DNA of 64,000 nt from Patescibacteria group bacterium (GTDB lineage: Bacteria > Patescibacteriota > WWE3 > UBA101185 > UBA10185), in contig JAHJEV010000004.1 of NCBI GenBank assembly GCA_018825365.1, positions 27,527 to 91,526 of the forward strand, in the 5' to 3' direction. Shown in pieces: positions 9,056 to 19,154 of this stretch. How positions within the stretch are numbered: the stretch's first letter is position 1; each line of letters opens with the position of its first letter. The position numbers and the translations under genes were made by a program. The notes beneath the pieces are model-generated. The model saw only the letters and a program-made list of their open reading frames with translations, was not told the origin of the DNA and ran no database searches.

Positions 9056-10366
9056 ATGAACATCTCAATGTTGGAGTCCGATATCCATGCTCATCGCTTC
9101 GTTCTAGAACTACTAGGAAAACCAAGCGAGAAAGATTTAGGTCTGTGGATATATCAAGAAGGAGGTCCGAAAACCATAGCAGTTTTTAGTCTAGCTTCCA
9201 GCCAAATGTTTCTCAAAGTTGGGAAAAGTAAATTAGCAGACCCCCACTCTTTAAAGGCAAATATCACCATTTGGGAACAAAAAGACATGCTCCCAAAACG
9301 CGGTGAAACTGCAAAGTGGGGACAACCAACAAAAGATTGGAATAAGGCTACAAGGAAAACTGTCACCCCATCTATAATGATTAATGCGGACATATTTGTC
9401 GCTTTAAATCAAAACACAGAACTCAACGACCTAGACCTTAATAGTCTAAAGGCTCAGCTCATAAGCTTGTCGAAAGTTTCCCTACCTGCAAATACTGAGG
9501 GACGAGCCGGGCACATTGCGTATACTTGTTTACCCCAGAATCGCGTGGTATATCCATCCAAGCTCAATGCTGTCTCAAAAAACGTTGATTTTATCTGGTA
9601 TGGAACTTCTGGATCGACGAACTTGGCCGAGTTATTACTCACCCTCGCACTTGGTTTTAAGTTAGAAAAGCCTGCAAAGTTTGATAACTACGGGGCCTCT
9701 AACGAAGAAAATCTTGCCGGGCAACTGGCCATGATTGGGTTTACCGATAGTCTATCCAGAAACACTGGAATAAACTTTGATCTCACAGTAACATCCACAG
9801 CCGAATGCATTCTTGAGAAGGTCAGCAAACCCATAAAAGATATTGCATGGGAGGTTGAAAAATCGCTGAGGCATTCGGTTGGATTGTGCCATCGCCTAGG
9901 AGAAAAATCAATAGCAACTGATTCATTCTCTTGGCTAAATCAAAATGGATGGAAAACCATAAAACAGCTGCACTCTGAGGGGTATAGTTTTGGCGGGGCA
10001 ATAATTTACTGGGCGTTTTATGCTCAGTCCAAAACAGGCAACCCGCCATTCTGCGCCATATTATATGATGGCTCCAAAGGTGCGGTTCACAAGCTGGCTG
10101 CCCAGTGGATGAAACCACCACACGGCTTGTGGATTTGCCCTACCGGTAACTTCCAAATTCTCCGAAAAGGTTATAAAAACCCCTACGAAGAATTCCACAT
10201 CCCAACCTTTCTCCAAACCCTTGAGCAAAAAGGTAATACAGCTCAAGTGCTTACCCAACTTTGGGAACTGGCTCTTGAAAGAGTACCTCTATCTCCCGAA
10301 AAAGTTGGAAGCGTTGTTATCGTTTTGGTCAATAACGACGGCAGTATTGAAGTGCAAAAAAGTTGA
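9056..10366 (+). CDS. hypothetical protein (436 aa), locally higher GC
   Basis: Long ORF with RBS-like 'GGAG' upstream; no recognisable motif. Confidence 0.5.
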   Translation: MNISMLESDIHAHRFVLELLGKPSEKDLGLWIYQEGGPKTIAVFSLASSQMFLKVGKSKLADPHSLKANITIWEQKDMLPKRGETAKWGQPTKDWNKATRKTVTPSIMINADIFVALNQNTELNDLDLNSLKAQLISLSKVSLPANTEGRAGHIAYTCLPQNRVVYPSKLNAVSKNVDFIWYGTSGSTNLAELLLTLALGFKLEKPAKFDNYGASNEENLAGQLAMIGFTDSLSRNTGINFDLTVTSTAECILEKVSKPIKDIAWEVEKSLRHSVGLCHRLGEKSIATDSFSWLNQNGWKTIKQLHSEGYSFGGAIIYWAFYAQSKTGNPPFCAILYDGSKGAVHKLAAQWMKPPHGLWICPTGNFQILRKGYKNPYEEFHIPTFLQTLEQKGNTAQVLTQLWELALERVPLSPEKVGSVVIVLVNNDGSIEVQKS

Positions 10367-10486
10367 CCACTCAAAGGGAAGTCTGTTAGAGCGCAAGATA
10401 AATGCAATAACAGGCTTCCCGATGAATATTACAAATCTCAAATTAACGATCTCTGCCATAGAGCAGGATAGATCACAGAAAAACGT

Positions 10487-11191
10487 ATGAAACAGAAAAA
10501 CTTAAAAAAATTATTAATATTCAGCGCCCACCCGGACGACAACTTATCATGTGCGGGTACTGCCCTATTTCTCAAAGACGCAGGCTTTGAAATATCGGAA
10601 GTCGTATTTACTGGCGGTGAAAAAAGTATCAATTTATCGCAAAATAAGAAAACATTACCAAAAATAAGGAAAAAGGAGCTGGCAGACGCATCTAAAATAC
10701 TTGGAACAAAAAACATATACATGCTGGGGCAACCAGATAGTAACGTGGCAAGGACAACAAAACTGCTCGACAAAGTCATAAGTATTATCCGAAAAGAAAA
10801 ACCAACGATTGTTATAAGCGAAAACCCAAATGACTATCACTACGATCATCAGCAAGTCGGGAAAATTGTAACAGAAGCCGTAGAGCGTGCGGGCTGGGGA
10901 ATAAACCCAAAATTGGGTAAGAAGCATAAAACCCCAGTTGGTTTGTACATGGGAACACTCATAGAAAACGAAAGATCAGACATTCTCGTGGATATTACTA
11001 AGTACTGGAATCAGAAGATAAAGATGATGGAGACGTATGGATCACAGTTAGGGTCCGGTTCCTATGACTTTAATGAAGGACTCGCTAAGTATTTCGGATA
11101 CTACATACGTGTTAAGTATGCAGAAAGTTTCGAAATAATGAAAAACTATGCCATAAGACTCAACCAGTTGATAGAAATACTGTCCCAATGA
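10487..11191 (+). CDS. PIG-L / LmbE family N-acetylglucosaminyl deacetylase
   Basis: 'LIFSAHPDDNLSCAG' (AHPDDE-type motif) and 'HYDHQ' downstream; 234 aa. Confidence 0.8.
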   Translation: MKQKNLKKLLIFSAHPDDNLSCAGTALFLKDAGFEISEVVFTGGEKSINLSQNKKTLPKIRKKELADASKILGTKNIYMLGQPDSNVARTTKLLDKVISIIRKEKPTIVISENPNDYHYDHQQVGKIVTEAVERAGWGINPKLGKKHKTPVGLYMGTLIENERSDILVDITKYWNQKIKMMETYGSQLGSGSYDFNEGLAKYFGYYIRVKYAESFEIMKNYAIRLNQLIEILSQ

Positions 11192-12327
11192 AGGAAACCA
11201 TGGATAACAAAAACAAAATTAAAATCTTAATAACGCAGGACTGTAATCCCCTCAAAGGGACAGGTATTTCTGTGGCAACCTATGGTGTAGCGAAGGAACT
11301 AGCAAAACTAGATTTTGAAGTTACATTTGCAACATATGATGTACCAAACAAGCTTGTAAAAGATCCGGGCAGTGGTGTAAATATAGTCAAACTCAACACT
11401 ATTCAAGATCTAACACAAAAAATTAAGGGTTCTGACGTAGTGATACCGGTAGTAAGTTTTTCTTCTGTCTTTAAGGCGTTCGGCACAACCGTATCCAAAA
11501 TATGTGAGAATGAGCATAAGCCATACATGCCCTGGGTGCACACATCTCTTCAAAACAGTAAGTTCAACAATATATATAACATCAAGGATTACGTCCAAGA
11601 AACTTCGATATTTTTGATGGCTGAGATGTTTAAAAGCCCATTCTGCAAAAAAATATTGGCTGTGAGTGAAGCAGTTAGAGATTCGGTTGTATCCTTAAGC
11701 GTACCCCCAAACAAAGTAGAGGTTATACTTAACGGGCTTGATTTGGTTAAAATAGGGAAAGAGCTGGAAACCCCAATTCAGAAAACAAACGATGTGATTT
11801 GCATACAACGTCTACACCCAGAAAAAGGAAGTCCATTGACCATTGCAGTATTTGCAAATCTGAAGAAACTAATCCCTGATTTTAAAGCGATAGTAGTTGG
11901 AGATGGTGAGGATATCGATATGGTTCAGTCACTAATCAAAATGTTCGGGCTGACAAAAAATATTACTACTATCCCTACCGTCATAAACGGCGAGCTTATA
12001 AAGTTAATTCAAAAGTCAAAGGTGTTTTTAAGCACATCGCTAACCGAATCATTTGGATTAGCAATTGCTGAGAGCATGTATATAGGAACACCGGTGGTAG
12101 CACCAAATATCGAAGGTCCAAAAGAACTATTAGAAAATGGGCTAAATGGGTTTGTTTTCGACTCTGGGGACACCCTAACACCAGCTAAAATAATTGCCGG
12201 TATTCTAAATAATGAAATAGTTACTGTAGAAAAAACAAAAAATGCAGTACAAAAAATCGAGCATGACTGCGATATAACAATACAAAGTGAGAAGCTTGCG
12301 CGGTTAATTAAAAAAACCTTAACTTAA
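11188..12327 (+). CDS. glycosyltransferase family 4 (GT-B, GT1/GT4-like)
   Basis: C-terminal 'SLTESFGLAIAESMYIGTPVVAPNIEGPKELLENGLNGFVF' (EX7E-type GT4 signature); 4-nt overlap with the deacetylase gene. Confidence 0.8.
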   Translation: MKETMDNKNKIKILITQDCNPLKGTGISVATYGVAKELAKLDFEVTFATYDVPNKLVKDPGSGVNIVKLNTIQDLTQKIKGSDVVIPVVSFSSVFKAFGTTVSKICENEHKPYMPWVHTSLQNSKFNNIYNIKDYVQETSIFLMAEMFKSPFCKKILAVSEAVRDSVVSLSVPPNKVEVILNGLDLVKIGKELETPIQKTNDVICIQRLHPEKGSPLTIAVFANLKKLIPDFKAIVVGDGEDIDMVQSLIKMFGLTKNITTIPTVINGELIKLIQKSKVFLSTSLTESFGLAIAESMYIGTPVVAPNIEGPKELLENGLNGFVFDSGDTLTPAKIIAGILNNEIVTVEKTKNAVQKIEHDCDITIQSEKLARLIKKTLT

Positions 12328-12347
12328 GTTAAATCTTCTTAGGTTTC

Positions 12348-13487
12348 TTAGCGCAACGTTGCATTAAGTTTTTCCATCAACAAAGAGTAAAACCTCAGAT
12401 TGTGAATAGTCGCAAGCCGATACGCTGTCATATCTTCTATTCTAAATAGATGCGCTAAGTAGGCTCTAGAATATTTTTTACACAGTAAACAATCGCACGC
12501 TTTACTTATGGGATCCGTGTCAGTGTAATACTTTTGTTTATCCGGAACGAAATAACTATAAAACCTTTCCTTTCTAACATCTATCTCGTCCATAGAGTCG
12601 GCATTAAAAACATACAACCTTCTGTGTCTTGCATCTCTTGTTGGAAGCACACAATCGAATATGTAAAATCCTAAATCAAAACATTTAACAATCTCATCCG
12701 GTTTTCCCACTCCCAAACCATAAAGCATGTAATTCGCCGGAGAGTTTTCCGCAATTACCCTTGGAACATCAAAATTAAACTTTCCCGTATCCATAATCGG
12801 CCAACCTCCATAACCCAAACCGTCAAACCCTATTTCAACAAGCTTTTTTGTGCAGTATTCTCTTAAATCCAGAAAATCTCCTCCCTGAACAACCCCAAGC
12901 AGGTAAGGTCTTTCACTTTTCTGTAATTCCATCTCCTTGCAGATTTTTAAAAACTCATCTTTGGATCTTTTTGCCCACAAAAGTGTTCTTTCAACCGATA
13001 CTTTGGCTTGCCCATAGTTTGCTTTTGGATCCGTAAAATCATCAAGAACCACACACATATCCGGCTTAAGAAGCATTTGAAATTTAATAGAAATCTCCGG
13101 GGTTAGTTTTAGCTTTTTGTCCCCCTGAGGTTTGAATGTGACACCCTCATTTGTAACCGAACCTTTATTTTTGGATGATTTTGCCAAAGTCATAACCTGA
13201 AACCCACCAGAATCTGATATAACTGCCCCGTTCCATGACATAAATTGTCTTATTCCATTATGCTTTTCCAGTATTTTTTGACCTAAATCTCTATACAAGT
13301 GGTATGTGTTAACCAAAATTCCCGGTGTTTTGGTGCTTTCTATATCAGTTGAATCAAGTGTCCTTAAAACTGCCTTTGTGGCATCCGGAAAAAACACAGG
13401 CAGCGGAACCATGTTTTGTCTGGAACGAAACTTCAGGGTGCTTCTTTTTTCTATCTTTTTTGACTCCACATGGGAAATATTACACAT
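12348..13487 (-). CDS. tgt: queuine tRNA-ribosyltransferase (tRNA-guanine transglycosylase)
   Basis: 'LGVGKPDEIVKCFDLGFYIFDCVLPTRDARHRRLYVF' and Zn site 'CDCLLCKKYSRAYLAHLF'. Confidence 0.9.
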   Translation of the reverse strand: MCNISHVESKKIEKRSTLKFRSRQNMVPLPVFFPDATKAVLRTLDSTDIESTKTPGILVNTYHLYRDLGQKILEKHNGIRQFMSWNGAVISDSGGFQVMTLAKSSKNKGSVTNEGVTFKPQGDKKLKLTPEISIKFQMLLKPDMCVVLDDFTDPKANYGQAKVSVERTLLWAKRSKDEFLKICKEMELQKSERPYLLGVVQGGDFLDLREYCTKKLVEIGFDGLGYGGWPIMDTGKFNFDVPRVIAENSPANYMLYGLGVGKPDEIVKCFDLGFYIFDCVLPTRDARHRRLYVFNADSMDEIDVRKERFYSYFVPDKQKYYTDTDPISKACDCLLCKKYSRAYLAHLFRIEDMTAYRLATIHNLRFYSLLMEKLNATLR

Positions 13488-13535
13488 AAAGGTGAAAATG
13501 AAAAGTGAAAACTAGATCTAATCTATCAAAAAATT

Positions 13536-14150
13536 CTATCTTTCCTGGGATTTTAAAATGAATATCTTTATCGCCTCACCTTGTCTTTCTTTTTCTATTC
13601 CGTTAAGTACCATTTTCCAGTCTTTGATTAGATCTTGGAGCCTCTCATACAAAATCGCGGCTGCCTCGTTTCTGTTTTCAATTGTATTTCTACTCACTTT
13701 TGCATTGGCAAAAAGACCTGTAATTGTATGCTTGTATAAAACGGCGTTCGCTACCTTATTTACGTTTTGTCCGCCTGGGCCTCCCGCTTTGTACTGACTG
13801 TAGTCCAAATCTTCCGTTTTTATGTACGGCTCATTAAATTCAAGTGATTTTAACAACCAATCGGTATATCTATCAATATTTCTTTGATTAACTTCTGGAT
13901 TGTCTGATTTTGGAAAGTGTTCCAGAGATTTTACTACTTTGTCTTCTGCCTCTTTTCTCCTTGAGATTTCCGCATCTTCAATGTTTGATTTTGCTATTGC
14001 GGCGTTTGTTTTGCTTCGGGATGGACCCCCACCACCTCTTTTTCCTCCCCCATCTCCTCTTAATTCTTCTTCTATCTTCTCTCCAAATTCCTCCAGATCG
14101 TCTGCGGGTAAGTTTATGCTTAAGTTTGAAATCGAAAGTACTTTTGCCAT
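13536..14150 (-). CDS. peptide chain release factor-like protein (GGQ-domain only) with Gly-rich N-terminal region
   Basis: 'YKAGGPGGQNVNKVANAVLYKHTITGLFANAKVSRNTIENRNEAAAIL' matches the RF-1 domain (GGQ motif); N-terminal ~130 aa unlike RF1/RF2 domains 1-2; start taken at the internal Met (MAKVL...). Confidence 0.6.
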   Translation of the reverse strand: MAKVLSISNLSINLPADDLEEFGEKIEEELRGDGGGKRGGGGPSRSKTNAAIAKSNIEDAEISRRKEAEDKVVKSLEHFPKSDNPEVNQRNIDRYTDWLLKSLEFNEPYIKTEDLDYSQYKAGGPGGQNVNKVANAVLYKHTITGLFANAKVSRNTIENRNEAAAILYERLQDLIKDWKMVLNGIEKERQGEAIKIFILKSQER

Positions 14151-14206
14151 ATAAAAATTATAGCAATAATAAGTACCAACAAGAAACAAAAAACCGGAAT
14201 TTTGAT

Positions 14207-14470
14207 TTATTCCGGTTCAATTGGTATCCCTAATGCACCCCAATCTGGGATCTGGGCTAAATCAGGATTAGATTCCACATGGACTTTAAATTCCTCCAAA
14301 GTAAGCGGCTTTTTAAACCCCACCCACAATATGCCAAAGCCTATTCTTTGAAGAATCGCACGCATTTTCTCTTCGGAGTGAAAAACCCCGGGATTGTGGT
14401 TTAAAACAAATACCCATTTGTACAAGCCTCCGCCCCAAACAACTTTTTCCAGGTAGTTAATGATGACCAT
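14207..14470 (-). CDS. hypothetical protein (87 aa)
   Basis: ORF only. Confidence 0.3.
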   Translation of the reverse strand: MVIINYLEKVVWGGGLYKWVFVLNHNPGVFHSEEKMRAILQRIGFGILWVGFKKPLTLEEFKVHVESNPDLAQIPDWGALGIPIEPE

Positions 14471-14520
14471 GCTTCTCTCCTTCTTATATCTGATCTTGGA
14501 AACCGATTATATGTCTATAG

Positions 14521-14940
14521 TTACTCCAAATCAATAACAGCAGCTAAACATTGGGCAATATGTTTCAGATCTCTCTCTGACCCAAGTTTAGCTAAATGTA
14601 GTATCCTTCCAGGCATGGGAAATAGTCTCAACCCTCTTTTTCTTTCATTTTCCCTCTTGTAATCAAGGGTTTCTTGATTGGTAGCTGTGGTTAAATCTAT
14701 ATGAACCCACTCTTTTGTTTTGGGGTTATAAATAACACAATCTCCCCCTCCATTTAAGTCTTCCTCTTCAGCAGTCCTTCTAAAAACAATGCGGTCAAAT
14801 TCCTTTTTCTGTAATTCGTCTTCCTTGGTTACCTCTTTTAACCCGAACTTATCTTTCAAAATAGTGTATAGGTCGTCTTCTGCCTCATGACCTTTATCTA
14901 CAGCCTCCGTACTATAAACAATGCCAGCGTTATTGATCAT
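14521..14940 (-). CDS. hypothetical protein (139 aa)
   Basis: ORF with coding-like composition. Confidence 0.45.
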   Translation of the reverse strand: MINNAGIVYSTEAVDKGHEAEDDLYTILKDKFGLKEVTKEDELQKKEFDRIVFRRTAEEEDLNGGGDCVIYNPKTKEWVHIDLTTATNQETLDYKRENERKRGLRLFPMPGRILHLAKLGSERDLKHIAQCLAAVIDLE

Positions 14941-15001
14941 ACAAATAAATTAAATCATAAGCATCTTCTAATCTCAACAAAAATCCACTATTATTAACTT
15001 A

Positions 15002-16957
15002 ATGCCCAGCAAAACAAACTTTGTTAAAAAACTACTAACCCTGTCTCTTTTTTCAATCATAGGTTTGTTCCTTAGTTTTAATACCTTTGCAGCCGATATC
15101 AGCGCTCCAATAACGTCAGCAACCAAAGATCCTTCTGAGCCAAACGGTAACAATAATTGGTATGTAACACCCGTAGAAATAACATTAGAATCAACGGATC
15201 TTGGTAGCGGAGTGAAGGAAATAAACTATAAAATAGACTCACTTGCTTGGCAGAAAGTTGATTTTTCAAACTCATTAAATCTCGCCCCAAACCCATCCTT
15301 TGAATTCTCCGACGAAAATCCACCGATAAACACCAAAGACTGGGTCGTCGGAACGATAGATGAATTCGTTAATTACACAAGAGACGCATCAGAATATAAA
15401 CCGGGTTTTGAAACAACTTCTGTAAAAATAACATCGACAGGCTCATCCTGGCACTCAATAAACCATGCTGATACCTTTGCCGTTGCAACCCCATACAGCA
15501 ACATGAACGCGTATGCGTGGATTAAGACCGGTGGTGTAGCCGGTAGCGCATACTTTAAAGTTTATGCAGTCTCCCAAGATCTTTTAGGAGTAAAAACTGT
15601 AACCCCACTTGCCACAAGTTCAACACTATCCGGAACCAACGACTGGACACAAGTATCGGTAAATTTTGTCGTCAGTGTCCCAAATGCAATAGGAGTTTAC
15701 ATAGAAATAGGGCTTGATGGCACAGGAACTATTTGGACAGATGCCGTAAATATAAGCAACTCTTTAAACCCTTCAACAACTTTTACTGTCTCTTCTGATT
15801 CCGAGCTTCACACAGTTTTGTACTATGCGGTTGATAGAGCAGGAAACATTGAGGCAACAAAAACTCTAACCTTCAAGTTAGATCAGACTCCCCCGGGTAA
15901 CTGGAGAAATTCCGGAGCTGTAAGGGGACTTTTTGGATCGGATCACGAACTTTATGTATGGACCAATATAGATGATCTTACATCCGGTATATCCACTCTC
16001 ACAGACAAGTTTCAATACACAACCGACGACACTTCGGGATTTGGCATTTATACTAATTTGTTGTACTGCAACACCCCGTGGTTATCGGGTCATTGGGCCG
16101 CATTAATAAGTCCTCCCTTTATACCCGGAGTTCATTCAGCGTATTTAATTACTCCGAAAGTTGACTTTTGCAATAGCAATTGGAAAATCTGCAAATATGT
16201 TAGGTTTTATGCGGAAGATATGGCTGGAAACACAGCTGAAAAGGACATGTGTATTAATGGCCCCTGGATCAAAGTACGTGGAAAAGGAATTGTCAGATCC
16301 GATAGCACCATAGATATGCTTTCAGAAGCTGAAGATTACAACACTGATGGATTAATAGAAACCTTCGGCATGTATTCCAGCTTTTTTGACTCCTCGACAC
16401 ATTACCACGCAGCGGAAGCTCCTACCCCGCCTGATTATGACTACGATAAATTCTCAGCAATAACAACATCCTCCAAAACAACTATATCCACATCCGGAAA
16501 TTTAGTTTCTTCTTCCGGAGTTTATAAGATTGATGGAAACTACGTAGTAACGTCAGGAAAAATACCTGGCAACTATGGCAGTGCAACCTTCAATCAAATA
16601 GTTTTTGTGGACGGCGATTTGCGTATATCCAACAATATTAAGGTTGCCAGCGGTTCGACCGCACTTTTTATAGTTAAAGGAAATGTAGAAATATCTAAGA
16701 ATGTTGATAAGATAAGTGTTGGAATTATATCCAACGGAACAATATCGACAGCCTACGATATAACAGAGGGAGGGTTTTGCTCCACATTAGTAATGAAAGG
16801 TATTTTCATCGCAAATAAGTTTTTATTTACAAGAACCCTGCAAGGAACAAAAAATGATAAATACCCATCTGAAGATATAACCTACGAACCAAAATACGCA
16901 ATAAAGCTAGTTGACTATATGGGATTAAATGCCATTAAGTGGCTGTCTTCTGACTAA
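15002..16957 (+). CDS. secreted hypothetical protein (651 aa) with N-terminal signal peptide
   Basis: 'MPSKTNFVKKLLTLSLFSIIGLFLSFNTFAADIS' signal peptide; S/T-rich; no catalytic motif seen. Confidence 0.6.
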   Translation: MPSKTNFVKKLLTLSLFSIIGLFLSFNTFAADISAPITSATKDPSEPNGNNNWYVTPVEITLESTDLGSGVKEINYKIDSLAWQKVDFSNSLNLAPNPSFEFSDENPPINTKDWVVGTIDEFVNYTRDASEYKPGFETTSVKITSTGSSWHSINHADTFAVATPYSNMNAYAWIKTGGVAGSAYFKVYAVSQDLLGVKTVTPLATSSTLSGTNDWTQVSVNFVVSVPNAIGVYIEIGLDGTGTIWTDAVNISNSLNPSTTFTVSSDSELHTVLYYAVDRAGNIEATKTLTFKLDQTPPGNWRNSGAVRGLFGSDHELYVWTNIDDLTSGISTLTDKFQYTTDDTSGFGIYTNLLYCNTPWLSGHWAALISPPFIPGVHSAYLITPKVDFCNSNWKICKYVRFYAEDMAGNTAEKDMCINGPWIKVRGKGIVRSDSTIDMLSEAEDYNTDGLIETFGMYSSFFDSSTHYHAAEAPTPPDYDYDKFSAITTSSKTTISTSGNLVSSSGVYKIDGNYVVTSGKIPGNYGSATFNQIVFVDGDLRISNNIKVASGSTALFIVKGNVEISKNVDKISVGIISNGTISTAYDITEGGFCSTLVMKGIFIANKFLFTRTLQGTKNDKYPSEDITYEPKYAIKLVDYMGLNAIKWLSSD

Positions 16958-18387
16958 AACTTCTTCTTTATCTTGTAAGTTCCATCCGGTAAATCTTCGA
17001 TAATATATCCCAAATCTACAGCCTCTCTTCTCAAAACATCGGCTTTATCCCAAATTCCATTTTTCCTATACTCTTTCCTCATCTTAGCTATATCAGAAAT
17101 GTTATCCGGTATCTCATACCCAATGTGTTCATCAAGTTTTAATCCCATAAACTCATCCAGTTTCAAAATAGTATTAAGCTTAGAAGATTCGGGGATATTG
17201 CTCTTTAAAAGCTCCCAAACTACCGCCAAAGCCTCAGGCATATTCAAATCATCGTCCAGTGCATCTTTGAATTTCTTAACGTATTTTTCGGATATTTCAG
17301 CATTCGGGTCCTGTTCGTAACTTCCTATTATTTCATATATTTTTCTTAAAGAATTTTGGGCATTCTGCATTGATTCCCAAGTGAAATTAAGAGGTGCTCT
17401 ATAACTTGCGGTCATAAATAAGTATCTTAAATCCATTGCGGTGTAACCTCTCAGTTTTATATCATTTAGAGTATAAACATTACCCAAACTCTTACTCATC
17501 TTCCCCCCATCAATACTTAGAAATGCTCCATGAACCCAGTAATTTACGAATTTTTTGCCTGTTGCACACTCACTTTGAGCAATTTCGTTCTGATGGTGAA
17601 TCATTTTTAAGTCTTCTCCGCCCACATGAATATCTATGCTATCCCCAAGCTCAGCCAAAACCATAGCAGAACATTCAAGATGCCAGCCCGGGAAACCCAC
17701 GCCCCAGGGAGACTGCCATTCTTGTTGTCTCTTTTTGTCTTTCGGGGAAAATTTCCATAATGCAAAGTCTGTAGAATTTTTCTTTTCCGGATTTACTTCT
17801 ACCCTAGCACCTTCCTTGACATCTTCAACCGACAAGCCTGACAATTCTCCGTATTTTTTAAACTTGGAAGTATCAAAATATACCCCATCAGATGTTTCAT
17901 ATGTGTAGCCTTTCTCTTCAAGCGTGGCTATTAGATCTATCTGGTTGTCTATATACTCCGAAGCTTTTGTAAACTTTCTTGGTTGAGTGAGATTAAATTC
18001 TTTGTAATCACTTAAAAAGCTGTCTATATAAAATTTGGTGATTTCTTTGGCTGTTTTTCCTTCTTCCAGAGCCTGTTTTTCAACTTTATCCTCCCCGCCT
18101 TCCGGGTCATCCCCTACCTCAAAAAGATGCCCCACATCAGTCAAATTCATTATAAAATCAGTCTTTAATCCATTGAGATTTAAAACTCTATTTACTAAAT
18201 CGGCAAGTAGGTAGGTTCTCCAATTACCGATATGAGAATGTACGTAAACTGTAGGTCCACAGCAATAAATTTTCACTTTTTCCAGGTCAATCGGTTTGAA
18301 ATCTTCGACTTGTTTAGTAAGTGAGTTATAGATTCTCATATTGAGTAAAATTTTATCACAAAGACTCGAAAGATTCCTAAGTATCAA
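16954..18387 (-). CDS. cysS: cysteine--tRNA ligase
   Basis: 'CGPTVYVHSHIGNWRTY' (HIGH-type) and 'KMSKSLGN' (KMSKS) motifs; 477 aa. Confidence 0.9.
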   Translation of the reverse strand: MILRNLSSLCDKILLNMRIYNSLTKQVEDFKPIDLEKVKIYCCGPTVYVHSHIGNWRTYLLADLVNRVLNLNGLKTDFIMNLTDVGHLFEVGDDPEGGEDKVEKQALEEGKTAKEITKFYIDSFLSDYKEFNLTQPRKFTKASEYIDNQIDLIATLEEKGYTYETSDGVYFDTSKFKKYGELSGLSVEDVKEGARVEVNPEKKNSTDFALWKFSPKDKKRQQEWQSPWGVGFPGWHLECSAMVLAELGDSIDIHVGGEDLKMIHHQNEIAQSECATGKKFVNYWVHGAFLSIDGGKMSKSLGNVYTLNDIKLRGYTAMDLRYLFMTASYRAPLNFTWESMQNAQNSLRKIYEIIGSYEQDPNAEISEKYVKKFKDALDDDLNMPEALAVVWELLKSNIPESSKLNTILKLDEFMGLKLDEHIGYEIPDNISDIAKMRKEYRKNGIWDKADVLRREAVDLGYIIEDLPDGTYKIKKKF

Positions 18388-18398
18388 TTACCACTAAA

Positions 18399-19043
18399 TT
18401 ATATTTCTAATCTGCCGTCCAAAGCGCGGCTCAAAGTAATATCATCTGCATATTCAATGTCCCCTCCAACCGGAAGGCCTCTTGCAATTCGTGTTATTTT
18501 TACCTTATCTGAACCTATACCTCTTTCTCTTATTAGCTTTGCGATGTACATCGCTGTCGACTCACCTTCCATGTTCGTATTCATTGCCAATATAACCTCA
18601 ATAGTCTTCATCGCATCTACTGAGTCAAAAGAGTTCTCACTAATCAAACTTCCTAATCTGTCAAGAAGTTCTTTAATAAAAATTTCTTCCGGACCAATGT
18701 TGTTAAGAGGATCAATAATTCCATGAAGGACGTGGTAAACACCTTTGTAATTTGTTTTTTCTAAAGCAAAGGCATCTAACGGATGCGAAACAACCGCAAT
18801 TAATCTTTTTTCTCTAGTAGGATCACCACAAACTGAACATATATCATATTCTGTTACATTTTTACATATGGAACAGAGCTTGGTTCCTTTTTTTAAACCC
18901 ACCAAGGATTCACTGAATTTTTCTAATTCTTCTTGGGGAAAATGTAGCAGGAAAAATGTAAGCCTTTGAGCAGTCTTAGGACCAATACCCGGGAGTCTTT
19001 CAAAGTATTCTATTAAGCTGGATATTGGTTTAGGTAATTTCAC
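18399..19043 (-). CDS. recR: recombination protein RecR
   Basis: 'LIEYFERLPGIGPKTAQRLTFFLL' HhH N-terminus and C4 Zn finger 'CSICKN...CSVCGD', Toprim region. Confidence 0.9.
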   Translation of the reverse strand: MKLPKPISSLIEYFERLPGIGPKTAQRLTFFLLHFPQEELEKFSESLVGLKKGTKLCSICKNVTEYDICSVCGDPTREKRLIAVVSHPLDAFALEKTNYKGVYHVLHGIIDPLNNIGPEEIFIKELLDRLGSLISENSFDSVDAMKTIEVILAMNTNMEGESTAMYIAKLIRERGIGSDKVKITRIARGLPVGGDIEYADDITLSRALDGRLEI

Positions 19044-19154
19044 GTTAGTATTTTATCATACAATAAATTCAAAGATTTATTATTCCCACGTTATAAACCC
19101 CTCTCCTCCACAAAAATCCTTGGCTAGCCATTAGGGAACAAGTTTGAACTACCG

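Noticed and set aside
13306-13515. Assorted 60-100-aa ORFs antisense to tgt, rlmN, topA, atpD/atpA, dnaX etc.
   Set aside because: Antisense shadows within well-supported genes.
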